DNA of 63,555 bases, the filler included, from Lenisia limosa (taxonomy: Eukaryota > Protista > Breviatea): NCBI GenBank assembly GCA_001655205.1. It is 14 parts of 14 records of this genome, joined end to end, with 100 filler letters (N's around TTAATTAATTAA, not from the genome) between each part and the next. Parts side by side here need not be neighbours in the genome. Positions count along the whole stretch, not along the records: positions 48,805 to 57,634 come from LPNZ01003434.1; positions 57,735 to 59,292 come from LPNZ01002210.1; positions 59,393 to 60,874 come from LPNZ01010172.1; positions 60,975 to 63,555 come from LPNZ01011642.1; 10 more parts are not named here. One strand, written 5' to 3'. Below the pieces are notes generated by a model. That model did not search any database. It was not told where the DNA came from and saw only the letters and a program-made list of their open reading frames with translations. The translations under genes were made by a program, and so were the position numbers. Positions 48,981 through 61,108 of the stretch are shown in pieces (within the stretch, counting starts at the first letter, position 1; each line of letters starts with the position of its first letter).

Positions 48981-51900
48981 GGCTTTGGTCCGTTATACCT
49001 GGCTGTTCAAGGGGGGTTTAGCGAAATAGTGTCGTTTTTAGTCAAATCCGGCGCCGACGTTAATGCCTCTAGTCACGAGGTTAGGGGTGTGGCAATGCCA
49101 GAATTTAATTTGTCAAAACCATCCACAGTCTGTTCATACCATATCAAGCCTTTTCTGAAACATCTTTCTTGTTTAGCCTCGAATTAGTACTATGGCTTCC
49201 CTTCGGTAAGAAAAAGACCGTCAAAATATCGATATTTCTCGAGGATTTATCGGTAAATTCTATTTTTTTTTTGGGACAGTAGGGAAGCCCTAATTGTCAC
49301 TCCACAGGGGTTCACGGCCCTCTATAAGGCGGCATACGAGGGTTTGATAACGATTTCGGAGACTCTCTTGTTAAGCAAGGCGGAACCCAATTCGCGATCT
49401 TTTGAGGTTGGGGGTACTATTCACTCTAAGAGGGGTGTTATGGGAACGCGGGTTTAGTGTTTTAGTGAGGTACCATCATCAGTAACTCGATATTATTAAA
49501 ATTTCAGAATTATTTAATAACATTACAAACACCATTATCATACTTGATTCATTCAATTAACATCGTAGGGTTTCACTCCTGTTATTGTGGCAGCACAGAA
49601 TGGCCATTTAAACATGGTGAAGCTTCTTGAGAGAAACGGTGCAGACTTACATCATAGTTCTAATGCCGTAAGTTTTTTTGAAAAATAAATCAATAAATAT
49701 AACAGTATATTGAAAACCATACATGTAGATGTACAACAATGAGAGAGAGTTGTGGGGGNNNNNNNNNNNNNNNNNNNNNNNNNNNNNNNNNNNNNNNNNN
49801 NNNNNNNNNNNNNNNNNNNNNAATATTGATATTGATTTAAACCATGAAGACTTGGGCAACCACGTGTTTTTTTCGTTTCTCAGACTCTCACCACAACTTA
49901 GGGGGGAACACCTTTGCTTCTTGCTGCCCAAAATGGTCACATCGAAGTCCTCAAGTACCTACTTTCTGTTGGCCTTCCGATCGATCAGAAGGACAACTTT
50001 GTGGGAAGGACGACTATACTACTACCAAATCTTCACGTTGTTTGTTATCAGATATTTGACTGAAACCTCAAACCGAGCAATATCTACTGTTCTCAATTAA
50101 GTCCTTCAGGATAATTATAGATGATATTAATTATTGGAGTACAACACTACATGTTTGTTCGTATGTTTTTCAAAAATATTACTATTATGATTGTAAAAAT
50201 ATTTTATCGCAGTATTGCAGCAAGCCGGATGTATAGTTAATGTATAAATTTCTATTCAATGATCAAAATTTATTTTGCCAGGGCTGTACAGCGTTCTACT
50301 TAGCAGCACTGGACAACCAAGTCCATATATTGGAGTATCTTCTTACCCTGAACGCCCACCCAAATGATCGCAATTACATGGTGGGAGGACTGGAACACAG
50401 TCGTACCTGTGTTTTCCTTTCGAAATGTCAAAATTTGCTCTAATTCATCTTCTTTCTGCCTCCTAGCGTTACCATTGCTGTTTCTCAATTGTTTCTCACA
50501 TTTGACTTACTTTTCCTCAATTGTGTTTATCGAAATTTCAATTCAAATTGAGTGTTTTCAAATATTTGATTTTTATTCTGGCTTTTGTTAGATTGTGTTT
50601 TATATTGTTGAAAATACTAAAGCTATACAGTTCTATAGATGGAATTTTCAACATGGAAGCGTCTTACCTTTATCAAGGGCCAGACCCCTTTCTACGCCGC
50701 GTGTGCACGGTCCTCAATTGACTCGGTGAACTTCCTATTAAAACATATTCCCCATGTCAACGAAGCCAATAATGAGGTTAGGTTTTGAGTGATGATTGAG
50801 AAATTGAACCTGGGGATATAATTAGATAGGGATCTTACATCTATATTATACAACATGGCAGATACAACTTGATTTTTTATTTCTCATTGTTATATTTGCA
50901 TTTCGAGTCCAAAAATACTGGGGAGATCAAAGGAGTTATCAGAATTCTTTTTAAGAACAGAAAGTAACTTTACCATGGTCTACAATTGGATGAAGTATTC
51001 TTCACACATAAGCGTGATGTGTGATCGGTTTCAACCAAATGTAACCTCGTTTTATGGTGTGGACGGTTTCGGCCAGATACTCAGTTTTTTTTACACATAC
51101 GCCAGGGTATGACACCTCTCTCCAAAGCAAGTGCGGATGGGAGGGATGCAATGGTGGAATTCCTCATTAAACATGGGGCTGCTATCGAACACAAAAATAA
51201 TGAGGTGAGTTGGTGGAGCTGTATATCGTCTTCAATTTTCTGTATGAGTACCCGGGCAGTTTTATTTTCTGTATTAGAATTGTCAGGTTTAGAACTAAAC
51301 AAGAGGTTAAATACCATGGTGATGTAGTTTACAAAATTACTATAGCTCTGTGGACTACTTTATGTTTATTAATTTCAGTCTGTAAGCAATACCTCGTATA
51401 AGCGTGATTGCTTTATTTTTCTCTATTCCACTTTAAAAATGGATATTATATAGTGATAAACAAGACCACTTTAAAAAATCTAAACAGAACGTCGTAAAAC
51501 CCCACTGTTCATTATTTAGGGCGTTACGGCTCTCTACGCCGCCTGTGAATATGGGCATCTCACAACAGTCAAACTTTTGGTACAATCAGGAGCTAACGTA
51601 ATCGCAACCAACAATCATGTAGGGTACTAGGTTTTAAAAAATCTCGTGGGGGTGCGCATTTACACAATGGGTTTATCTATTTATTATAATAATGGTGGTT
51701 ATTACATTTTGGATCGTAAAGAATATTGAAAACTGTGTATATTACTTGAGTATAATAAACGCAAAAAGGTTATTATCAATACAACAATGATATTTCCAAA
51801 GGTTGATTTTTTAATGTTAGCTGTAGTCAATTTGTCGATAATAGTTAATAATATCACTACAACTTGAAAGACAATGTTATAATACATTAATTGCATCATC

Positions 51901-54011
51901 ACAGGGCTTCTGTCCGGCATACGTTGCTGCTGAATTTGAGCACTTCAGCATAGTGGAGTATCTTCTTGAACTGGGGGCTTCTATCACCAGAAAGAGCCAT
52001 GAGGTGGGTGGGGGGTCTTCTCGAGGGATTCCCTGAGGTCCGTTAAATACCATCAAACTATTGATAATTTTCGAGGATTTAACGAGAAACCCGGGCCTTT
52101 TTGGTACCACAGAAAAGTACTATTGATTACCACGGTGATGTGATTCTAATAAATATGATGATTGTGAGCAGTGAAAAGGGTGCGAAGGAAGTGGATTATC
52201 TACAAGGCCTCTAATTTACTTAGGGGTACACTGCCATCTACAAGGCCGCCCATGACAGCCACCTCAAAATGGCAAAGGTTCTACTTGATCACGGTGCCGA
52301 TGTAAATGTACAGAATAATGAGGTTTGTTGGTGTCCTATTAGTTGAAAGTTGACTTTTTTTCAAGAAATTTATTTTTTGAGATTGACTGAAATGGCGTTT
52401 TTAATAGTACCCCACTGTACATTACAAAATGATTTGTTGTTATAAGAGCAGGGCAGTTATTAGTGTGATCCTGGGGAGGCAGGTAGAATGCTGTGTGCAC
52501 AGAGTTGTAAGACAAATGATTGGGTAAATTCATATTATTATTACAGTGATGATGTGGACTGGTTCGGCCAGAGGCAACTTTTTATTCCTCTTTTCAATAC
52601 GTCTTCATAGATATTTTCCTTTTTCAGATTGACACAATAATAAAACTTCCCAGGGATACACCCCCGTGTTTGTGGCATGCCAAAACGGTCACTTGGAAAT
52701 GGTCAAATTTCTCTTGTCCAAGGGTGCTGACGCTTCAATACCAAACACTAACGTTGGCATGGGATCCCTAGATCTACAGTACTTTCATCATCATCATCCT
52801 TACATCTACAGCCCTATAATCATCATAATCATCATAAGCCTTAGATCTACAGCCAAAAAAAGACATAACATTGTGTCAATAAACTTTCGTAGCATATCGC
52901 TATTCCCACCGATTCATCCGATTCTTATTCCGTAATAATAGTTCCATCTACAATGTATCTGTCCGGTTAGAAATCTGTATTCCAATATTGTAGCTCTTTT
53001 TTCTCAAGTCGATTATAATACCCAGGGCTGCACCCCTCTCAAAATGGCTAGCCAGAACGGGTTTCTTCACATTGTCCGATACTTGGTGGATAGAGGCCTT
53101 GACTACTCTGTTCGGGATAAAAAGGTGAGTTGTTCTCAAGTGTTTAGCCAATGTTGATTTTTGGGTGNNNNNNNNNNNNNNNNNNNNNNNNNNNNNNNNN
53201 NNNNNNNNNNNNNNNNNNNNNNNNNNNNNNNNNNNNNNNNNNNNNNNNNNNNNNNNNNNNNNNNNNNNNNNNNNNNNNNNNNNNNNNNNNNNNNNNNNNN
53301 NNNNNNNNNNGGTGCTGGAGTGAATGAAAGTAGTAATGAGGTAAACGGGATTTTACGCTACTTCTCAAATTGTCTGCTAATATTTTGAGTAAAAATACAT
53401 TCCCTCTAACTTACCCCCCCCCCCTCCAGGGCTATTCTCCTCTATACAAAGCTGCCTATGATGGGAATCTCGACGTTGTGAGGCTCCTTGTGGAGGCCGG
53501 GGCGGACGTAAATGCCTCAAATTGTCTTGTGGGGGGTTGCCTTATTTGGAAGAGTTTATCTTATTAGTAGGGCTTCACTTCTGTTCAAAAAAAAATACTG
53601 AATTTCACGATTTGAAAGGAAGAAAATATGAAATCAGCACCATAGAATGGCAGTCGCATCTTTCTTCCTTGATTTGTATTATTGGGCTTCAATTCATATT
53701 TGTCAGCAGTATTTCTTCAATTCATCTTTTCACAGGGCCTCTTCCCGCTCTATGTCGCGTCTCAGAACGGGCATATTGACGTTGTACAATTCCTTGTTTT
53801 TCATGGTGCTGACACTGAAAAAACCGATTTTGATGTTAGTGGGGAGAGAGAGGTCTTTCATTAGAAGGAATCGGTGAGGGGTCCTTATTTGTCAGCTCAT
53901 GCGCTATTTCAGCTCTACTTCCCGTCACTGGTTTAGCTTATGCGGCCATTTGAAGCGGCTGTTGCAAGCCATCATAAAGACATTGCTCAGTTCTTATCAT
54001 CGCTCGGCTAA
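48981..54011 (+). CDS. Ankyrin-repeat protein, 16 visible repeat exons (one partly in a gap)
   Basis: 99-nt phase-0 exons starting at 48981, 49308, 49569, 49902, 50282, 50678, 51106, 51521, 51905, 52224, 52654, 53025, (gap), 53430, 53736, each GxTPLxxAAxxGHxxxVxxLLxxGA-like; terminal exon LMRPFEAAVASHHKDIAQFLSSLG*. Confidence 0.92.
49191..49292. mobile_element. hAT-type MITE family A
   Basis: tatggcttcccttcgg...gggacagtagggaagcccta; flanks attagtac/attgtcac. Confidence 0.8.
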
Positions 54012-54135
54012 GGGAGATATTAACCATGTTGGGGGGTCTTCATTACTTTACCTTTTATTGAAATACAAAATCAACCATTTGATATAAGTTGTTTTTTTTT
54101 CCAAACATTTCCCCCTTTTACTCCCTCCCTCCCAG

Positions 54136-55000
54136 TGGCCCACAGAATCCCTGGAATTGATGAAGAAATGGACCGATAGTGTCACGGCACCGTTGGTCAG
54201 CTCCACTCTGAGTGTTCCTCTTGTTAAGGTAGGGGGGAGGGGTGGTCCCTAAGAGTTTTTTGGCGATCACAAGGCTTGCTTGTTGTTCAAATATATCCCT
54301 CTCTACTTGCTTCAAAAAACCGAGCAATCCCCATCCATCACAATAAGAGTGGGTGATTTATATTAGGTGTTGTGTGGATTTATTGGATGTTTTTTTTTTG
54401 GGGGGGGGGGATCGAAGGTTGTCTAACCCAGGGGTAGTTTGTTTCTACATTATCGACTTACGTAACTAGAGCGCAGCAACCAAAATGGCACCCATGTGTA
54501 ATACCGTAACCTCCAAAGTGGTTGATACAATTTCCTCTGTTTCTTCCGCCATTTTACCCAGGGTCCCGGGCCAAGCTCTTCACGTCAGTCACATGTAGGG
54601 GCTTGTCTGAGTTGATTTCTGTTTCTATTTTTTTTTGTTTTGTTTCTGGGGGTTGCGTTTTCAAACAAAGGTATAAACGTGACATTTGAATGAGTTATTA
54701 TTGAAAGTCGCGCTTTATATGAATCCAAATTTACCATTCCAGGCTTGATTCCCGAGTTGCCTCAATCCTTCAAAGCTCCTCCAATCTTGCCCAAAAGGTT
54801 TGTGGCTCAGAATTGATTGATAATATTGTGAAATTGAAGACTAAAAGATACCTGGTATCCAGTAATCTGAATATCACCGCATGAACTAGGATTCATCGAG
54901 ATTTTCATATCTTTTTATGTCAGGAAGCCTCATTTACAGTTTCACACTTTTCAGGAGCTTGAAGCTCCGGTGAAGGTAGTCGCCACCCTTGTCGCACCCC
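54136..55000 (+). CDS. Multi-exon gene, possibly perilipin-like (PAT domain)
   Basis: Spliced ...MKKWTDSVTAPLVSSTLSVPLVK|SAATKMAPMCNTVTSKVVDTISSVSSAILP...HM|LDSRVASILQSSSNLAQK; PLVSST resembles the perilipin N-terminal motif, so the family call is weak. Confidence 0.4.
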
Positions 55001-56979
55001 CATGTTCTTGGGTACTCAGCAAATTCAGCCCTCTCATTCCAGACTACCTCAAACCGGACAATTAGTAATTTATTATTTTTGTTTCTGCGATTTTTTCTTG
55101 GTTTTTTGATATTTTATGATATGTGTTTATTTTTTTAGCATTTCCCCTCATTTGATGCATCCCTTTGTCCACTTTATTTGTGTTTTTATATATATATATA
55201 TATGATATATATATTTTATTTGCATTAAAACTGTTGGAACTTGGATCATAAAGATCCGGTGGTCACCACAACAACACTGCCAATAGTCCAGTTTGGTCTC
55301 ATGACGTTAATCAGAGAGTTGAGAAAATTTCCAAATACTTTATTTCATACGGGGTTACAAAATTTAATACATCTTAACTTATGAGGAGCTAGCAAACCAC
55401 GGCTATTGCAGTTGTTTGAGAAAATGACATCATGACACATACGCATCGACTTGGAATTCTAGATTCCTAGTGAAAAACTTGGGAATTCCCATATTACAAT
55501 TCCTTGTATTTTTTGGAATTCTGAAGAGATCGGATCATTTTCTCCTTCAAACGGTTCGCAGAGAAAATCCATCACCTGAGGGTCGTTTGTTATTAAATTT
55601 TCAGCAACGGTCATGCTGCCAGCTGAAAGATGTCAATTGGAGGAAGCTTGGGGATGGACAAGCTTTGTGTAGTTGTGCAAATATGAGATTATTTATTTCT
55701 CCTTAAAGACAACAGTTTATAAGGAGTGAGTGAGTTGGCGCTCCCAACTAATCAATCACTCAGTCAATCCCAAAGAGCCAAGTTTCATTATGTGGGATAC
55801 AAGGCTCCACCCAATATCTAATGTGGTTGTGTGGTTGTAATGTTGTTATTATTTATTGAGATGATAGTGCTGCATGAGTATATTTGTTAGTTTGTTGTTA
55901 GTCAGAAAGCCCATCAGTTTCGAAAATTTTCAATAACTTTCGAAAATATAAACTTCAATCCATAATAACTTTGGGATTAGCTTATAAGAACTGTAATGTC
56001 TTTTTATTATTCTCTTTAATCAAATTCTTGGCTTTATTTTACCATAGCTACTTTGTGTTTTATAGCAAGAACATTATAGGAGGGCTAATGGGCCCATTTT
56101 AGGCTTGTTGTCAACCAAATTTTGTCGTAGACCAGTTGTTTCGCGGTATGCTGGAGATTGCGTTGTTATGAGTTTGTTTTCTTTCGCTTAGGGAGCGTAT
56201 CCTCGTCTTTCCTCTCCCTAATCTAATGCATTTAGTGAGCCAAACAATGGATCTTCACGATTCCTTGTCAGATAGGGTCTTCCCTGTTCCAAGACACGAA
56301 TTAGTAGGGGGTTGTGGTTGTACTGTTTGTCATCCAATTTGCATCGTCTTTCAAGGGGCTCTAATCGATGAAAAGTTCTAATGTACTAATTGTCAACCTC
56401 TATTTTGTTGAGCTTCTTGGGATTTTTGAAGTTTCCTTGAAAAGCAAAGTATTTGTTTGATCCTTCGGTATCTTTGTTTATGGCGTTCTTTTCATGGTTT
56501 TTTGTGACTAAAGAAGAATATTGCTTTTGTTGGGTTTTATTAGTTTTGTTGTTTCAATCAACCCTCTTGTATTTCGCTGAGTTGCTTTTTGTTTTCTACA
56601 TATTTCTCTATTTTTGCANNNNNNNNNNNNNNNNNNNNNNNNNNNNNNNNNNNNNNNNNNNNNNNNNNNNNNNNNNNNNNNNNNNNNNNNNNNNNNNNNN
56701 NNNNNNNNNNNNNNNNNNNNNNNNNNNNNNNNNNNNNNNNNNNTTTCTGCTTGATTCTTTCTTGCGTTTTTTCTTATTTCTAAATAACCTTGTTGAGAGC
56801 TTTTTTCTTTCCCCTCATCCCATTCTGTTTAAATATATTCCCATTCCTCTCCCAAACATCACATATACACTATTCTATTTATGCAATTATTCCCCCATCC
56901 CAAAACAAAACAATCACCCCGTTATAGTATATACTACCCCCTCGTACCTTTCTCACCCCGTAGGAAGAGCAACCCTCAG

Positions 56980-57300
56980 ATGCGCGGCCGTTATATATGC
57001 GGAACCACCGTGCTTTGCAGAGGTGGGGGGGAGGGGTGTGTAGGGAGGAGGGTTGACATCTTTGGAGCAGAGCTGACATACTCTTTTTATCGTGATGGTG
57101 TGGGAGGCTTGGTTAGAATCTTTTCTCTCTCATGATATACAAATATTGACAGCTGTTTCCGTTAATTTCGATTAATAATATCAATGACCGCTATCTTAAC
57201 AAACGCGGCTTGCAGGTTGGCGATTAATTCAGTAGGATGCGTATAGCGGAGGAGCAGAGGATCAAAAGAGAACTTGAGGCATCTTCAACAGGGACTCCAG
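56980..57300 (+). CDS. Two exons, unknown gene
   Basis: ctcag|atgcgcggcc...cagag|gtgggggg and aattcag|RMRIAEEQRIKRELEASSTGTP|gtaag. Confidence 0.3.
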
Positions 57301-58209
57301 GTAAGTGTATCCCAAGTGTTTTTATGGGAACTACTGCTATTGCTACCTACAAATGAAGTAGCATTGAGTTGTTGGCGTAAATCAAGGAAGGTATAGAAAC
57401 CTGTGTGTCAGAGTTGTAAGGCAAATGATTGGGTGAATTAATAGTATCTCTGATAAACAGTAAAAATTGAAAAATATTCAATAATTATACTGGTTTTTCA
57501 ATGTATTTTAGACCTGTAAAGATGTCTATTATTCGAAGATTTATAGAGAAATAGAGTTTTTTTTGAGCCCTACATCACCATTATATTTCGATGGAAATCA
57601 AGGTTTTTGCAATTAGAGCTTTTTGGAAACCGAANNNNNNNNNNNNNNNNNNNNNNNNNNNNNNNNNNNNNNNNNNNNTTAATTAATTAANNNNNNNNNN
57701 NNNNNNNNNNNNNNNNNNNNNNNNNNNNNNNNNNCCTATCACGTGTTTGGCACTCAAGGATATCGACGAACCCCTGGCCTAATTGGAAGGTTGTTTTATT
57801 TATCTCGTTTTCCAAATACAATTGGAACATAGATGAAACAACAAAAAACTTAAGTATGGAATTGGCTGGGGGCTGGGTACTGACATTAGGGCGATAAAGT
57901 GTTCTTTTTTTTGTTATAATTTAAACGCCCTATTAAAAATACGCGTGTCTTTGAATGAATGGATTTTCTCAGAAGGTGAGTCGTATATGATAAATGATAT
58001 TGGTCCATGGTTAAATTATTAGTGGCCACGACTCCCTCATGTCGTGTTTCTCTCTGTGTTGTTGCTTGGTAATATGTAATAATTAGACTGTACGTGGACT
58101 TATCGCGACCACCGTATGTCAACAAAAAAACCCATGAACCGCTCGAGCTGTCCTATCACGAAAACACATGAATAAATACCCCCCCAAAAAAAGAAGACAG
58201 AAGCCCGGC

Positions 58210-59278
58210 TTAGGCAGTGCCGAAGACAGGGTTGTGACGNNNNNNNNNNNNNNNNNNNNNNNNNNNNNNNNNNNNNNNNNNNNNNNNNNNNNNNNNNNNN
58301 NNNNNNNNNNNNNNNNNNNNNNNNNNNNNNNNNNNNNNNNNNNNNNNNNNNNNNNNNNNNNNNNNNNNNNNTCGGTAAACAGTTTTTTGTTCTTAAAACG
58401 AATTAATTGAAAGAAACGCTACCTCATCCCCTCACAGTGTAGGCAAGCATGGAGCCTCCGAACCAGACGGCGTAACGCTGCATGTGATGGGAGATGACGT
58501 TGACGTCGATGGGCTTGGCCTTGAGCTTGCCTCCTGCAAAAGTAAGTGATCAAATATTTGCTATGAAAACTTGTTAAACCACAAAAAGGTCTTTCGAAAA
58601 CAGTTAGTGAGAAATGGACGGGTGAAGGAGGAAAATGGAGTAAAATTATGGTAACAATGAAATACCCAGGCTGCGGCGTACCGGAGAGCTGCTCGGAAAG
58701 CTTGATGCGCTGGTCGGTGACGCGCTTAACGTCACGCTGGAGACGACGACCGAAATCCTTGAACATCGTGGAGCCACCGGAGAGGACAATGTTCTGGAGG
58801 GGATTGAGTTATCTTTTAGTATTGAAGGATCATAAAGCGGGTGCTTTATAAGCAAATATAGATGGTTTGTGACAGAGCGGATGATTTGTAGAAAGCTATT
58901 GCTTGTGTATGAATATTTATAGAAATGGGGTGATTTGATAGATGGTTTTGACATAAATGCGAACCTTGCAGATAGTGTAATTTAATAAAGGGGAGGGGAA
59001 GAGATATTTGTGACAGAAATGCGAACCTTGTAGAGGCCACGACGGGTATCGATAGGGCAAGACTGGATGGTACGGTCAACAACTTCGGGAAGAGGGGTGA
59101 GGAAGTCGGAGGAGAAAAGTTCGGGGTTGAAGAAGAGCTCGGGGCCGAGGAAGCGCTCGTAGGCGATATCGCAGCTCCACTCCTTGTTGGTCTTCTTGTG
59201 GACGGAAACGTACTTCTTGAGCCACTTGGCCGGGTCGCTGTCGTACTTGGTGAACTCCTTCACGATGTCGGGGCAGAC
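58210..59278 (-). CDS. ARP3: Actin-related protein 3 (Arp2/3 complex), 3' half
   Basis: VCPDIVKEF...[14 protein letters not shown]...[14 protein letters not shown]|[21 protein letters not shown]...|...[18 protein letters not shown]...RHNPVFGTA*. Confidence 0.97.
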
Positions 59279-60188
59279 CTGGGGGGGGGGGGNNNNNNNN
59301 NNNNNNNNNNNNNNNNNNNNNNNNNNNNNNNNNNNNTTAATTAATTAANNNNNNNNNNNNNNNNNNNNNNNNNNNNNNNNNNNNNNNNNNNNAGAGAGGA
59401 GCTGGAGGAGCTGCAGAAGCAGGTGAAGGGGGTAGAAAGTAGCTGAGGGGCTGGGAGTATCACATCGATATAGTTTGTATCGATGATGGAAGAAGGGGTG
59501 ATGGGAGAAAATTTCTTGGAAGCTTGGTTGATTAGAGAGACAACTATGGATCCAATTTGTTAAATTCTTCGTCAAAATCAACTTCCTTCACCCCTCCTCC
59601 AATCTATGCAACCTGACAGTTGGTTTGGGTNNNNNNNNNNNNNNNNNNNNNNNNNNNNNNNNNNNNNNNNNNNNNNNNNNNNNNNNNNNNNNNNNNNNNN
59701 NNNNNNNNNNNNNNNNNNNNNNNNNNNNNNNNNNNNNNNNNNNNNNNNNNNNNNNNNNNNNNNNNNNNNNNNNNNNNNNNNNNNNNNNNNNNNNNNNNNN
59801 NNNNNNNNNNNNNNNNNNNNNNNNNNNNNNNNNNNNNNNNNNNNNNNNNNNNNNNNNNNNNNNNNNNNNNNNNNNNNNNNNNNNTGAAATGTTATTGGTG
59901 TTATTTGAAGTGTTATTGAAATAATGGTTATTATATGATATTATGATGGAGGGTTGGGGTTAAGTACTCCTGATTCATTTGCTACTATTGAAACAAGGGG
60001 GAGGGAGGGGATCAGAAGAGTTTTACATCGACGATCCAGTGACCGCGATAAGTCCTGATATGATTGACTCAAAACAAAGCTCCGTATTAAGACGTATAGT
60101 GTATAAAGCTCAATAGTGTCAGTATCAAGGGCAGTGTTTTTATTATCGCTTCATTCATCGCTTCTTTTGACTCTGCTTTACCCTGCAG

Positions 60189-60817
60189 GTATCCGAGAAC
60201 ACTCTATGGATCCAGAGCATGGAACTGGAATCTGGAGCTGATGGTCGGGGGGATTGGTGTATTACTGCAAAGAATCCTATTTTCTTTGTGTGAGTTTTAT
60301 ATACATTAAAAATCTTGAGAAATAAATACATACAGGGATTCTTACTCCGGCGTTTGACAATGTTGACAATGTAGTGTCAGACCTGTGTACGGCCATGGCT
60401 GACGGTGTTCTTTTACTGGAAATCCTGGAGGCAATTAAACCTGATACTGTAAGCTTTTCTCAGATGGTTGCTATTTAGTCACATTTAGAGCTTCCCTTCC
60501 CTTCGGTCCAAAATATGACTCTAAATCCTTGATAATCCTCTTCTTTCCCTCTTTTTTCTTTCCCTCTTCTTTTTTCTCTTCTTTGTTTCGTATCTTTGCT
60601 CCTCACCACTCCCCCACCGTTTTCGTGTTTTTGTAACTAATTATCTAATACCAAAATCCTTATCAACGCAATGAAGGTTGTTTATTGATAATGTCCTTCG
60701 TTTTCCTGAAATCTTATTTCCTGCATCCAGGTCGAATGGAAGAAGGTTAAAAAGTCAACAACGTCAATGTTCCACCACCTCGCCAACCTCACATACTTCC
60801 TCGAATGTCTCAGGACG
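60189..60817 (+). CDS. Calponin-homology domain protein fragment (fimbrin/plastin-like CH)
   Basis: NTLWIQSM...VSDLCTAMADGVLLLEILEAIKPDT|VEWKKVKKSTTSMFHHLANLTYFLECLR. Confidence 0.7.
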
Positions 60818-61108
60818 GTCACGGGTTCCGACTCAGGGATGGATGCACAGGTCTGCTGCGTGAATTCAGCTGTTNNNNNNNNNNNNNNNNNNNNNNNNNN
60901 NNNNNNNNNNNNNNNNNNTTAATTAATTAANNNNNNNNNNNNNNNNNNNNNNNNNNNNNNNNNNNNNNNNNNNNAATACTGTATATGATGATATGTATAT
61001 ACATGATACATGTATTATATGATATTGTATACATATTATATATAAATTATACATTATACCCATATGATAGATAAAATAATACACCTGGACGAGAGAAACA
61101 CACCCCAC

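Noticed and set aside
5255-60930. TTAATTAATTAA as a biological repeat or CRISPR-like array
   Set aside because: It is always centred in a fixed-size N block and is a six-frame stop linker.
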